Shown here: positions 20,590-31,260 of the stretch, in pieces
How the letters are laid out: each line of letters begins with the position of its first letter
Position numbering within the stretch: the stretch's first letter is position 1
Assembly: GCA_947629835.1 (NCBI GenBank)
Contig: CANRFH010000002.1
Coordinates: forward strand, 4,263-68,262
DNA from: an uncultured Clostridia bacterium
GTDB taxonomy: Bacteria > Bacillota > Clostridia > TANB77 > CAG-508
Length of the DNA: 64,000 bases
Reading direction: 5' to 3'
Translations under genes and position numbers: made by a program
Notes under the pieces: generated by a model
What the model was told of the DNA's origin: nothing
The model's input: only the letters and a program-made list of their open reading frames with translations
The model's database searches: none

Positions 20590-21600
20590 ATGATAAAAAG
20601 TGAACAAGCTTCGCTGTCCGTAATGAGAATAGCCGCAATTACAATTCTTACAATATTTATTTTAACAGTAAGTGTATTTGCTGCAAAAGCAGATGTTAAG
20701 AATGTAAAAATTGTTCTTTCAGATAATTGTGAAATAGAAGTTTTGACCACAAAAACAAAGATATCAGACATATTAGCAGAAAATCATATAATGATTTTAC
20801 CAGAAGAAAATGTATTTCCAAATTTAGATTCAGAAATAACAGGCAACTCAAAAATAGTAATAACAGGATTAACACAAGATGCAGCAAAAGTTATGGCACT
20901 TGCAGAAGAAAGTGAAGGAATTTCATTAGATAAATTATTAAGTTCATATAATACTATAACTGAAAAAATAATTGTAGAAGAAGAAGAGATACCTTATGAA
21001 ACCATAACAAAAGACTCTTCAAATTCTAGTTCAAATGAAGGAACGAAAGTATTACAAAAAGGAAAAACAGGAATTAAAAGAGTAACATATAAAGTAAAAT
21101 ATCAAAATGATATAGAGATAGAAAGAACAGTTATAAAAGAAGAAATAGTAAAAAAGGCTGTAAATAAAATAGTAACAAAAACAACAAGTAGAGATTTAGC
21201 AGAAGCTGATAGAAGTGTAGCAAGTACAGTTAATATAAATACAGCTTCAAGCAGTTTAGCTAAAAAAGTAGAAGGAATTACACCAGAAGTTAGAACATTA
21301 AATACTTCTGCATATACAGCATCAACTTGTGGAAAAAGCCCATCTAGTCCTGGTTATGGAATTACAGCAAGTGGAGCAAGAGCATCTGCTTGGTATACAG
21401 TAGCAGCAGGAAAAGGTTATCCAATGGGAACAATAATATACATACCATATTTTGCAAATAAGCCAAACAAAGGATGGTTCGTAGTGCAAGATAGAGGAGG
21501 AGCTATTTCAAATAATAAGTTGGATGTTTATATGAATACTTACAATGAATGTATAAGCTTTGGAAGAAGAAATCTTGAATGTTATATATATAAAGTATAG
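20590..21600 (+). CDS. Membrane-anchored cell-wall protein with a G5-like middle region and a C-terminal 3D (RlpA/MltA-like) domain (YabE-like).
   Basis: C-terminus AYTASTCGKSPSSPGYGITASG...VAAGKGYPMGTIIYIP...DRGGAI is typical of the 3D domain. Confidence 0.65.
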   Translation: MIKSEQASLSVMRIAAITILTIFILTVSVFAAKADVKNVKIVLSDNCEIEVLTTKTKISDILAENHIMILPEENVFPNLDSEITGNSKIVITGLTQDAAKVMALAEESEGISLDKLLSSYNTITEKIIVEEEEIPYETITKDSSNSSSNEGTKVLQKGKTGIKRVTYKVKYQNDIEIERTVIKEEIVKKAVNKIVTKTTSRDLAEADRSVASTVNINTASSSLAKKVEGITPEVRTLNTSAYTASTCGKSPSSPGYGITASGARASAWYTVAAGKGYPMGTIIYIPYFANKPNKGWFVVQDRGGAISNNKLDVYMNTYNECISFGRRNLECYIYKV

Positions 21601-21660
21601 AGCAAAAGAGCAAGAAAAAACATCTTGCTCTTTTAAAATAATTAAGAAAGGAAAGAAAAA

Positions 21661-22419
21661 ATGAAACTAATATCGTGGAATGTAAATGGATTAAGAGCAG
21701 TGTTAAAAAAAGGATTTCAAGACTTTTTTAAAAATATAGATGCAGATATATTTTGTGTGCAAGAAACAAAGATGCAAGAAGGACAGGCAGAAATGGACTT
21801 TGCAGAAGGCTATCATACATATTTAAATTATGCAGAGAAAAAAGGTTACTCAGGAACGGCAGTATTTACAAAGAAAGAACCAATAAATGTAAGCTATGGG
21901 ATAGGAATAGAAGAGCACGACAAGGAAGGCAGAGTTATAACATTAGAATTTGAAAAATTTTTCTTAGTAAATTGCTATACGCCAAACTCAAAAAGAGAAC
22001 TAGAACGATTAGATTATAGAATGACATGGGAAGATGCATTTAGAGAATATTTATTAAACTTAAATAAAAAAAAGCCGGTAATTCTTTGTGGGGACTTAAA
22101 TGTAGCACATAAAGAAATAGACTTGAAAAACCCTAAAACAAATAGAGGAAATGCTGGATTTACTGATGAAGAAAGACAAAAAATGACAGAACTTTTAGAT
22201 TCTGGTTTTACTGATAGTTTTAGATATTTATATCCAGAAAAAACAGATAGTTACACTTGGTGGTCATATTTTGCAAATTCCAGAGAAAAGAATATAGGCT
22301 GGAGAATAGATTATTTTATAGTATCAAAAAGTATAAAAAACACTATACAAGAAGCCTATATATATGATAAAATATTAGGCAGTGACCACTGTCCAGTGGG
22401 AATAGATGTAGAAATATAA
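21661..22419 (+). CDS. xth: Exodeoxyribonuclease III.
   Basis: MKLISWNVNGLRA, QETK, and the C-terminal SDHCPV. Confidence 0.85.
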   Translation: MKLISWNVNGLRAVLKKGFQDFFKNIDADIFCVQETKMQEGQAEMDFAEGYHTYLNYAEKKGYSGTAVFTKKEPINVSYGIGIEEHDKEGRVITLEFEKFFLVNCYTPNSKRELERLDYRMTWEDAFREYLLNLNKKKPVILCGDLNVAHKEIDLKNPKTNRGNAGFTDEERQKMTELLDSGFTDSFRYLYPEKTDSYTWWSYFANSREKNIGWRIDYFIVSKSIKNTIQEAYIYDKILGSDHCPVGIDVEI

Positions 22420-22433
22420 AAGGAGTGAAAAAT

Positions 22434-23570
22434 ATGCCAAAAGAAACAAGAGAATGGAAAAGGTGGATATTTTGGTTTACATTAGTAATTGCAGCAATAG
22501 GAATATATAAGCTATTAGATAATTTTGGCGATATAACAGAGTGGATAAAAAATTTAGTACATATTCTTATGCCATTTATAATAGCAGTTATACTTGCTTA
22601 TCTTTTTTATATACCTTGCAAAAAAATAGAAGGGTTAATAAAAAAGTCAAAAGTAAAATTTATAAGTAAAAAAGCAAGATGGATTTCAATATTTATAGTA
22701 TACTTAGCAGTTATACTCCTATTTGTAGGAATAATAAAATTTGTAGTACCTGCAATCTATGATAGCATTGTAGAACTTGCAAATGCTTTGCCAGGCTACT
22801 ATAACTCAGCGATAGAAAACTTAGAAAATTTACCAGAAGATTCTGTATTTAACAAGGTAAATCTTAAATCAATAATAGAAGCATTAAATAGTATAGACTT
22901 AAAAGAATATCTTAGCATAGAGGCCTTAACAGAATATGCGAAAGGAATATTAGGTTTTGCAACAACTATATTTGATATATTTGTAACAATTATTGTGTCA
23001 ATGTATATATTAGCTGAAAGAACAGAAATAGTAAAGTTTGCAAAGAGACTATGTGGAGCAATGTTTAATACAAATACATATAACTTGATAGGAAACTATT
23101 TTAGAAAATCTAATGAGATATTTTTTAGATTTATATCAAGTCAATTATTAGATGGAATTATTGTTGGCATATTAACATCAATTGCAATGTCGATTTTAGG
23201 AGTTAAATACGCAGTATTACTTGGATTTATGATAGGATTATTTAACTTAATACCATATCTAGGAGCAATAGTTGCAGTAATAATTGCAATAATTATTACA
23301 GTATTTACAGGTGGTATAGGACAGGCAATTTGGCTTGCAGTAATAGTTACAATTCTACAACAAATTGATTCAAATATTATAAACCCAAAGATAACAGGAA
23401 CATCTTTGAAAATTAGTCCAATTTTAATAATATTCTCAGTAACAGTAGTTGGCTCATATTTTGGAATAATTGGTATGTTCCTTGCAGTTCCAATAGTTGC
23501 GATCATAAAACTTTTAATTTTAGATTATATAAGATTAAAAGAAGAATTAAAGGAAGCAGACGAGGAGTAA
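22434..23570 (+). CDS. AI-2E family (PerM/UPF0118) transporter.
   Basis: 8 TM helices and the NLIPYLGAIVAVIIA motif. Confidence 0.75.
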   Translation: MPKETREWKRWIFWFTLVIAAIGIYKLLDNFGDITEWIKNLVHILMPFIIAVILAYLFYIPCKKIEGLIKKSKVKFISKKARWISIFIVYLAVILLFVGIIKFVVPAIYDSIVELANALPGYYNSAIENLENLPEDSVFNKVNLKSIIEALNSIDLKEYLSIEALTEYAKGILGFATTIFDIFVTIIVSMYILAERTEIVKFAKRLCGAMFNTNTYNLIGNYFRKSNEIFFRFISSQLLDGIIVGILTSIAMSILGVKYAVLLGFMIGLFNLIPYLGAIVAVIIAIIITVFTGGIGQAIWLAVIVTILQQIDSNIINPKITGTSLKISPILIIFSVTVVGSYFGIIGMFLAVPIVAIIKLLILDYIRLKEELKEADEE

Positions 23571-23673
23571 AGAAATTGTTACAAAAGCATTAAGAATATG
23601 TTACAAATTAGTTACTTCTATATACAGGAAAAGGAGAAATTAAAAACTTATTCAAAAAAATAAATTTAAATAC

Positions 23674-23702
23674 TTGACAAGACAAAGTTATTATTATATA
23701 AA
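23674..23702 (+). promoter_or_regulatory. Promoter-like TTGACA-17-TATAAA, followed by a 17-bp inverted repeat (23704-23751).
   Basis: The hexamers, and atagatagaaagttttg/caaaactttctatctat straddling the predicted +1. Confidence 0.3.
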
Positions 23703-24010
23703 AATAGATAGAAAGTTTTGAAAAAATTTTAAATCAAAACTTTCTATCTATTTATTTACATTTAAATTATTAAATTATTTAATTATTTTTACAACTTAAG
23801 GTAAGACAAAAAGGTTCTATTGGGAACTCTCCCAAGGAAAAATCAAAGTTAGAAATAAAAAACGAAAGGAGGTAAAGTTAGATTATTTACATCTATTAGT
23901 GTTATCATTTTAAATTTTAAATTATACCAAGAAAAAATACAAACAAATTTATAAACATTATACCTTGATTAAACTAATAAATTAATGTATAATTAGAAAG
24001 GAAACAAAAT

Positions 24011-24871
24011 ATGAACAAAAAACAAGAAGAATATTTAAAAGTAGCAAATGATTTAGTATTTCAAAGAATATTTGGTAAAGTAGGCAATGAAAGAATAACA
24101 AAAAGCTTTTTAGAAAAGATATTAGGAATAAAGATAAAGAAAATAAGTCTTGACAAAAACAAAAGAATGATAGGAAAAGGATTATATGACAAAATAGGAA
24201 GAATAGATGTAAAGGCAGAGATAAACGATGGAACAAAAGTAATCATAGAGATGCAATATGCAAGATTAAATTGTATGCCAGAAAGACTACTATACTATTG
24301 GTCAGAAGCATATGTACAAGACTTAAAAAGGAAAGAAGGCTATGAAGATCTAGATAAAACAATAGCGATACTAATATCTAAAGAGAATCTAAGAATAACA
24401 AAAGGGATAGAAGGATATCATACGAAGTGGAGTATAAGAGAAGAAGGACACTTAGATACAAAATTTTCGGACAATTTAGAGATACACGTAATAGAACTAA
24501 ATAAATTCAAAGAAGGCGGAGAAGAGAGACCAGAAGATGATTGGATAAGATTTATAAAAGCGGAGGGGGCAGAAGATATGGCAAGAATAAAAAGTAGAGA
24601 GAAAGTGTTAAAAGAGGCACAGGAAGAATTACATATGCTATTATCAGATCCAGAGAAAAGTGAGATATATGAACAGAGGATAATAGATTTAAGAGACAAA
24701 ATCTCCTATGGAAGATCAGAAAGACAATATGGGGTAGAAGACGGAAAAAAAGAAAAACAAAAGCAAGTTATACTTAACCTATACAAAATGAATATGGAGA
24801 TAGAAGATATAGCAAAGGCAGTAGAGTTAAGCAAAGAAGAAGTAGAAAATATAATAAAAGAAAACATGTAA
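24011..24871 (+). CDS. Rpn-family recombination-promoting nuclease/putative transposase (PD-(D/E)xK, TIGR01784-like).
   Basis: N-terminal DxxFQRIFG...IDVKAE...IIEMQ core. Confidence 0.6.
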   Translation: MNKKQEEYLKVANDLVFQRIFGKVGNERITKSFLEKILGIKIKKISLDKNKRMIGKGLYDKIGRIDVKAEINDGTKVIIEMQYARLNCMPERLLYYWSEAYVQDLKRKEGYEDLDKTIAILISKENLRITKGIEGYHTKWSIREEGHLDTKFSDNLEIHVIELNKFKEGGEERPEDDWIRFIKAEGAEDMARIKSREKVLKEAQEELHMLLSDPEKSEIYEQRIIDLRDKISYGRSERQYGVEDGKKEKQKQVILNLYKMNMEIEDIAKAVELSKEEVENIIKENM

Positions 24872-24971
24872 CTTTTAAATTAAAGATTCTATCACAAAAT
24901 AGACAAAATTTTACTCTAATATCTATTGATTTTTATATGAATTTAATATACAATATTTTTGGTGAAAAATA

Positions 24972-27218
24972 TTGAAAAAGAGAAGTAATAAGAAAGGAAA
25001 TAACAAAAGAGCTGTCATAACTAAAAGGATTGCGCCTACTATGACAGTCGCTTTTGTTATTTTCTTTTTGTTAATATTAAGAATTGGATGGATCCAATTT
25101 GTACAAGGAGCAGAATTAAAAGAATCTGCATCAAGACAACAGACATTAAACAAGATTATAAGCCCTACAAGAGGAGCAATATATGATGTAAATGGAAAGG
25201 CTTTAGCAGTTAGCGCATCAGTTGATACAATAACAATAAATCCTTCCAAGTTTATAAAAAAGGGTGATGCAGAAACAAAGGCTTTGCAAGAAAAAGTAGC
25301 CAAAGGTTTATCAGATATATTTAATTTAGAATATGAAACAGTACTTACTCAGGTTCAAAGTAAAAATTCTGTTGAAACTATTATAAAAAAAGTTGAACAA
25401 GATTCTGTAGATAAACTAAAGAAATGGATGAGTGATAATAAAATAACATCAGGAATAAATATAGATGAGGATAATAAAAGATATTATCCTTATGGAACAT
25501 TAGCAGCACATGTAATAGGCTTTACAGGAACAGATTCACAAGGGTTATATGGAATAGAACACAAATGGAATTCTGTACTTCAAGGAACATCAGGGAAAAT
25601 TGTAACAACTGCAAATGTTAATGGAAAAGAAATATCAGATAACGCACAGCAATATGTAGAAGTAGAAAACGGAAGTGATTTGTATCTTACACTAGATGTA
25701 GATATACAAAAAATAGTAGAAAAATATCTTAAAGAAGGAGTAGATAAATACAAAGCAAATGCAGGAAGTGCAATAGTAATGAGACCAAGTACAGGGGATA
25801 TCCTTGCTATGGCAACGTATCCAAGCTATGATCTAAATACTCCATTTACATTAAATATTGAATTAGATAAGGAGAATAAAGATAATAAAACTGAAGGCGA
25901 AGAAAACGAGTTATCAAGTGAGGAAAAAAGCAAATTACTTGCTGAGCAATGGTCAGATAGAAACTTTATGCGTACATATGAACCAGGATCCACATTCAAA
26001 TTATTAGTTGCATCAACAGCATTAGAGGAAAATATAACTGGGGTAAATGTTCCGGGAGATTTTACTTGTAAAGGTTCAATACAAGTAAGTGATAGAACAA
26101 TAAAATGTGCAAATTCTAAAACACATGGGGTACAGACACTAAAACAAGCAGTTGGGAATTCTTGCAATAGTGCATTTATACAATTAGGTCAAAGAATAAA
26201 GGTAAATACATTGTACAAATATTTTAAAGCATTTGGACTATTTGATAAAACAGGAATTGCAATAACAGGAGAAAGTGGAAGTACCTTCCATAAAATAGAA
26301 GATGTTGGCCCAGTAGAACTTGCAACAATTTCATTTGGCCAAAGATTTGAAATAACTCCACTTCAATTAATTACAGCAGTATCTAGCATCGCAAATGGTG
26401 GTAAACTAATGCAGCCAAGGATAGTAAGGCAAGTTGTAAATACAGATACAGGAACTGAGCAAGAGATAGAAACAAATACAGTTAGACAGGTTATATCAGA
26501 GGAAACTGCAAAATCAGTTAGAGAAATGATGAAGTATGTAGTAACAGATGGTGGAGGAGGAAACGGTGCAGTTAAAGGATATTCCATAGGAGGAAAGACA
26601 GGTACAGCTGAGCCATCTCCTAGTAGACCAGAAGATGGGTATACAGTTTCTTTTGTAGCTATTGCACCAGCAGAAAATCCAGAATTAGTAATATTAGTTG
26701 CAGTATATAAACCATCAGGGGTTAACCCTTATGGTAGCACAGTTGCAGCGCCAATAGTTTCAAAAATGCTATCAGAGATATTACCATATATGGGAATCGC
26801 ATCAGAAAATTCTGATTCAAGTGGAGCTACAACATCTACTATAAAGACAGAAAAACTTCCAGACGTTACTAATAAAACATTAACAGAAGCTAAGAAAACT
26901 TTGGAAAACTTAGGATACAAAGTTGTTTGTGAAGATACTAAAAATAGTAATTCAATACTTGTTACAGAACAAGTTCCACTAAAAGATACAGAGGTATTAG
27001 ATGGAGCAACAGTTGTACTATATACAGAAGAAAATACAGTAAGAACATCTGTAACAGTTCCAAATTTGATAGGTATGACTTTATCAGAGGCAAAACAAAG
27101 ATTATCTGAGAAGAACCTAAATGTGTTATATAGTGGAAGCGGAAAAGTTGTAAGTCAAAATATAGCAGATGGTGTATCAATAGAACAAGGAACAGTAATT
27201 ACACTAAAACTGGAATAA
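24972..27218 (+). CDS. Class B penicillin-binding protein (SpoVD/PBP2B type) with two C-terminal PASTA domains.
   Basis: Transpeptidase motifs STFK, SCN and KTGT. Two PASTA repeats. Confidence 0.85.
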   Translation: MKKRSNKKGNNKRAVITKRIAPTMTVAFVIFFLLILRIGWIQFVQGAELKESASRQQTLNKIISPTRGAIYDVNGKALAVSASVDTITINPSKFIKKGDAETKALQEKVAKGLSDIFNLEYETVLTQVQSKNSVETIIKKVEQDSVDKLKKWMSDNKITSGINIDEDNKRYYPYGTLAAHVIGFTGTDSQGLYGIEHKWNSVLQGTSGKIVTTANVNGKEISDNAQQYVEVENGSDLYLTLDVDIQKIVEKYLKEGVDKYKANAGSAIVMRPSTGDILAMATYPSYDLNTPFTLNIELDKENKDNKTEGEENELSSEEKSKLLAEQWSDRNFMRTYEPGSTFKLLVASTALEENITGVNVPGDFTCKGSIQVSDRTIKCANSKTHGVQTLKQAVGNSCNSAFIQLGQRIKVNTLYKYFKAFGLFDKTGIAITGESGSTFHKIEDVGPVELATISFGQRFEITPLQLITAVSSIANGGKLMQPRIVRQVVNTDTGTEQEIETNTVRQVISEETAKSVREMMKYVVTDGGGGNGAVKGYSIGGKTGTAEPSPSRPEDGYTVSFVAIAPAENPELVILVAVYKPSGVNPYGSTVAAPIVSKMLSEILPYMGIASENSDSSGATTSTIKTEKLPDVTNKTLTEAKKTLENLGYKVVCEDTKNSNSILVTEQVPLKDTEVLDGATVVLYTEENTVRTSVTVPNLIGMTLSEAKQRLSEKNLNVLYSGSGKVVSQNIADGVSIEQGTVITLKLE

Positions 27219-27239
27219 TAAAGGAGAAAATTTGCGTTT

Positions 27240-27875
27240 ATGAAATATATCAAATTAAATGAAGACGAAATAGAAAAAATAGCAAAAGAAGCTGTAGAAG
27301 TTATAAAAATGGGTGGAATTGTTATTGCTCCAACAGATACAGTATATGGAATTATAGCAGATGCACTAAATGAAAAGGCAGTAGAAAAAATATATGAAAT
27401 TAAAAAAAGAAAAAAAACTAACCCTTTAAGTATATTAGTATCAAATAAAGATATGCTAAAAAAAGTAGTAAAAAAAGTTTCTTTTGAAGAAGAAAAAATA
27501 ATAGATAAATTTTTCCCAGGAGCAATTACATTAATATTTGAAAAAAATGAACAAATACCAGATATTGTTACATCAGGCTTAGATACTGTTGGAATAAGAA
27601 TGCCAAATGATAAATTTTTGTTAAAAGCAATAGAATTATTGGGTAGTCCAATAGTTGCAACAAGTCTAAATTTAGCAGGCGAAGAAAGTAAAACGAATTT
27701 AGATAATATTTCTCAGGAAATTCTTAATAATGTAGATTACGTTATAGATAATGGAAATACTAAAATTGGTGTTGCATCAACAGTTGCAAAAATAGATGGA
27801 AAGAAAATAGAAATTTTAAGAGAAGGCACGATAACTAAAAATATGATGCAAGAAGTTTTAGAGGAGGAAAACTAA
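27240..27875 (+). CDS. tsaC: L-threonylcarbamoyladenylate synthase (YrdC/YwlC family).
   Basis: APTDTVYGIIADA motif. Confidence 0.8.
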   Translation: MKYIKLNEDEIEKIAKEAVEVIKMGGIVIAPTDTVYGIIADALNEKAVEKIYEIKKRKKTNPLSILVSNKDMLKKVVKKVSFEEEKIIDKFFPGAITLIFEKNEQIPDIVTSGLDTVGIRMPNDKFLLKAIELLGSPIVATSLNLAGEESKTNLDNISQEILNNVDYVIDNGNTKIGVASTVAKIDGKKIEILREGTITKNMMQEVLEEEN

Positions 27876-28355
27876 TGGGCTACATAGTTACATTTTTAAT
27901 AAGCATAATACCAATAATAGAACTAAGAGGAGCGATTCCAGTTCGGAGTATTTACATTTCATTTGTCATACTTAGAAGCATTTGTAATCAGCTTTATTGG
28001 AAATATATTACCAGTATATTTCATTGTAAAATACATAAGACCAATATTTGATTTATTAGGAAAAATAAAAATATTTAGAATAATTATTGACTGGGTAACA
28101 GAAAAAGCAACAAAGAAAATAGCAGAGGATAAAAGATTACAAACAGCAACAGCATTAGCACTTTATATATTTGTTGCAATTCCACTTCCCGGAACTGGAG
28201 CGTGGACAGGATCACTAATTGCAAATTTTCTAGATGTACCACCTAAAAAAGCAGTACCAGCAATAATTGCAGGGGTTTTCACTGCCGGAGTAATCATATT
28301 AGCATTAACTGCAGCTGCAAACGGTGGAATAAATTATTTATTCACACATATTTAA
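27875..28355 (+). CDS. Small multidrug-export-like membrane protein (COG2426). Interrupted by a single-C insertion at 27944 (gtt-C-gga).
   Basis: Removing the C joins MGYIVTFLISIIPIIELRGAIPVGVFTFHLSYLEAFVISFIGN... Confidence 0.55.
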
Positions 28356-28377
28356 AAATTTAATTTTTTAATTAAAA

Positions 28378-28426
28378 AAACTGACAATAATGTTTATAAA
28401 AAAGTTATAAATATTATTGTCAGTTT
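28378..28426 (+). terminator. Long hairpin (20-bp arms, one mismatch); terminator-like.
   Basis: aaactgacaataatgtttat...ataaatattattgtcagttt. Confidence 0.45.
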
Positions 28427-28562
28427 ATTATAATTGTTATAAAGGATCTAGATTTTACACATAATAAATATAGAAAAATAAATGTTACAAAAACTTTACA
28501 ATTTTGTGAAAAAGGTTGAAAAATATGGAATAATATCATATACTAAAAAATGATAGAAAAAC

Positions 28563-28591
28563 TTGCAAATTTACCATTTATTTTGTATAAT
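28563..28591 (+). promoter_or_regulatory. Sigma-A promoter (TTGCAA-17-TATAAT) for the polysaccharide locus.
   Basis: The hexamers with a 17-nt spacer, 59 nt upstream of the 28650 ATG. Confidence 0.5.
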
Positions 28592-28649
28592 AAAAATGGT
28601 TAAATTAAATTTATAATGAATTGCTAAAAAAGAGGAGGAAATAATAAAA

Positions 28650-29342
28650 ATGGCATTAGAAGGACCTGATGTATCTGCTATAAATGATAGTATTAGAATT
28701 AATTTAAAAATAAAGGAAAAAGCAATGCAGGAAAAGAAATTTTATAGAGCAACTAAAAGAATAGTAGATATCCTATTATCAGCAATAGGCTTAGTAGTGT
28801 TGTCTCCTGTATTTTTAACAATTGGAATAATAGTAAAACTAGATTCAAAAGGAACAGTATTTTTTAAGCATAAGAGAATTGGAAAAAACGGAGAAGAAAT
28901 ATATATATATAAGTTTAGAACAATGATATCTGGCGCAGAACAAATGATAAAAAATTTTGATGAAGAACAGATGAAGGAATTTAAAGAAAACTACAAGCTA
29001 GAACATGATCCAAGAGTTACAAAAGTTGGAGATTTTTTAAGAAAAACAAGTTTAGATGAATTACCACAGATATGGAATATATTTAAAGGTGATTTATCTA
29101 TCGTAGGACCTAGACCAATAACTAAGGAAGAACTTGAAAAATATGGAGAAGATAAAGAAAAATTTTTGAGCGTTACTCCTGGACTAACAGGATATTGGCA
29201 AGCAAATGGAAGAAGTTCAACAACTTACGAAGAACGTATGGCAATGGAATTGTACTATGTAGATAATTGTTCTTGGAAAATGGATGTGAAGATATTTTTC
29301 AAAACTATTATTTCTGTAATAAAAAAAGAGGGAGCAATGTAA
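28650..29342 (+). CDS. Initiating polyprenyl-phosphate sugar-1-phosphate transferase (bacterial sugar transferase, PF02397). An alternative start is at 28725.
   Basis: LDELPQIWNIFKGDLSIVGPRP signature. Confidence 0.8.
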   Translation: MALEGPDVSAINDSIRINLKIKEKAMQEKKFYRATKRIVDILLSAIGLVVLSPVFLTIGIIVKLDSKGTVFFKHKRIGKNGEEIYIYKFRTMISGAEQMIKNFDEEQMKEFKENYKLEHDPRVTKVGDFLRKTSLDELPQIWNIFKGDLSIVGPRPITKEELEKYGEDKEKFLSVTPGLTGYWQANGRSSTTYEERMAMELYYVDNCSWKMDVKIFFKTIISVIKKEGAM

Positions 29343-30128
29343 ATGGCTAAAAATATCAAACTCATCATAGCAACACATAAAAAGTATGATATGCCTAAAA
29401 GTGATATATACCTTCCACTTCAAGTAGGAGCAGAAGGTAAAGAAAAACTTGGGTATGAAGTAGATAGTAGTAGCGATAATATTTCAACTAAAAATCCATA
29501 TTACTGTGAATTAACAGGACTTTATTGGGCGTGGAAAAATTTAGATGCAGATTACATAGGTTTAGTACATTATAGAAGACATTTTGAATCAAAAGAAAAG
29601 ATTAGTTCTAAAAAAAGAATAGATAAAGTTTTAACAGAAAAAGAAGCAAGAAAAATTTTAGAAATTTCAGATGTAGTGCTTCCAAAAAAAAGAAATTATT
29701 ATATAGAAAATCTTTATTCTCATTACGAACATACAATGTATATTGAACCATTAGAGATAACAAGAGGGATAATTGAAGAAAAATATCCTAAATATTTAGC
29801 TGAATTTGATAAATTACACAAAAGAACATCAGCACATATGTTTAATATGTTTATAATGAAAAAGAATATTCTAAATGATTATTGTACATGGCTATTTGAT
29901 ATATTATTTGAACTAGAAAAAAGAATAGATGTAAGCAAATATGATACTTTCCATTCTAGATTCTTTGGAAGGGTATCTGAACTATTGCTTGATGTATGGA
30001 TTAATACAAATGATATAAAATATAAAGAAATAAAAGTAATAAATATAGAAAAAGTAAATTGGTTTAAAAAAGGAACAGCCTTTTTAATGGCTAAATTTAC
30101 TGGTAAAAGATATAAGGAAAGTTTTTAA
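29343..30128 (+). CDS. DUF4422 glycosyltransferase-like protein.
   Basis: LTGLYWAWKN...YIGLVHYRR motif. Confidence 0.6.
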   Translation: MAKNIKLIIATHKKYDMPKSDIYLPLQVGAEGKEKLGYEVDSSSDNISTKNPYYCELTGLYWAWKNLDADYIGLVHYRRHFESKEKISSKKRIDKVLTEKEARKILEISDVVLPKKRNYYIENLYSHYEHTMYIEPLEITRGIIEEKYPKYLAEFDKLHKRTSAHMFNMFIMKKNILNDYCTWLFDILFELEKRIDVSKYDTFHSRFFGRVSELLLDVWINTNDIKYKEIKVINIEKVNWFKKGTAFLMAKFTGKRYKESF

Positions 30129-30129
30129 A

Positions 30130-31260
30130 ATGGATAAAGAAGAGCCAATTAGAATATTACAAATTCTTCCAGGTGGCCATATATGCGGAGGAATTGAGAA
30201 TTTCATAATGAATTATTATAGAAATATTGACCGCTCAAAAGTTCAATTTGACTTTTTGGTGCATTATGATGAGAAGGGTTACTATGATGATGAGATAAAA
30301 TCTCTTGGTGGAAAGATTTATTACACAAATGTTAGAAAAGATAAAAATATATTAAAATACATAAAATTTTTAAATAAATTTTTCAAAGAACATAGAGAAT
30401 ATAAAATAATTCACGGGCATATGCCAGGTTTAGCACCAATATATTTTTTAGTTGCTAAACTAAATGGTGTAAAAATTAGAATTGCACATAGCCATGTTAC
30501 AGATACAGAAAGAACCTTAAAAGGAACTATATTAAAACCAATTATAAAATCAATTAGATTTTTCTCAAATGTATATTTTTCTTGCTCAAATGAAGCAGGA
30601 AAGTTTATGTTTGGAAAGAGAAACTTTACTATAGTAAAGAACGCAATTGATTTTGAAAAATTTATATTTAACGAAAATAAAAGAAATGAAATAAGAGAAA
30701 AATTAAAACTTAATAATGAATTTGTAGTAGGATGTATTGGAAGATTTAATCATCAAAAGAACCATACATTCTTATTAGACATATTCTCAGAAATGTTAAA
30801 AACGAAAAAGGATAGTAAATTAATTTTGATAGGAGAAGGAGCACTAGAAGAAAAAATAAGAGAAAAAGCAGAAGACCTAGGAATATCAAAAGATATTATC
30901 TTCTTAGGTGTGAAAGATAATGTACAAGACTATTACAACGCTTTTGACGCTTTTATTCTACCAACAAATTTTGAAGGACTAGGAATTGTTTTAATCGAAG
31001 CTCAAGTAAATGGTTTGCCAACATATACATCAGATGTTGTTCCAAAAGAAACAAATGTAAGCAAACTTATACATTATATATCTTTAAGAAATCCTGCATC
31101 ATATTGGGCAAATGATATATTATCAAGTAATAATGAAAGAAAAGATGTAATAGAAGATATAGAAAAGAAACATTATAATATAAAATTAGAAGCTCAAATA
31201 TTACAAGATAAGTATATAGGACTTCTTGAAGGAGAAGATAAAAATGAAAGAAACAATTAA
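30130..31260 (+). CDS. GT4 (GT1-fold) glycosyltransferase.
   Basis: EGLGIVLIEAQ (E-x7-E) motif. Confidence 0.75.
   Translation: MDKEEPIRILQILPGGHICGGIENFIMNYYRNIDRSKVQFDFLVHYDEKGYYDDEIKSLGGKIYYTNVRKDKNILKYIKFLNKFFKEHREYKIIHGHMPGLAPIYFLVAKLNGVKIRIAHSHVTDTERTLKGTILKPIIKSIRFFSNVYFSCSNEAGKFMFGKRNFTIVKNAIDFEKFIFNENKRNEIREKLKLNNEFVVGCIGRFNHQKNHTFLLDIFSEMLKTKKDSKLILIGEGALEEKIREKAEDLGISKDIIFLGVKDNVQDYYNAFDAFILPTNFEGLGIVLIEAQVNGLPTYTSDVVPKETNVSKLIHYISLRNPASYWANDILSSNNERKDVIEDIEKKHYNIKLEAQILQDKYIGLLEGEDKNERNN

Noticed and set aside
23800-23900. Strong RBS (aaaGGAGGt) at ~23868 without an obvious gene
   Set aside because: No ATG, GTG or TTG start lies at a suitable spacing, and the downstream frame is only ~25 codons with an atypical start. 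It is probably a fortuitous purine run.
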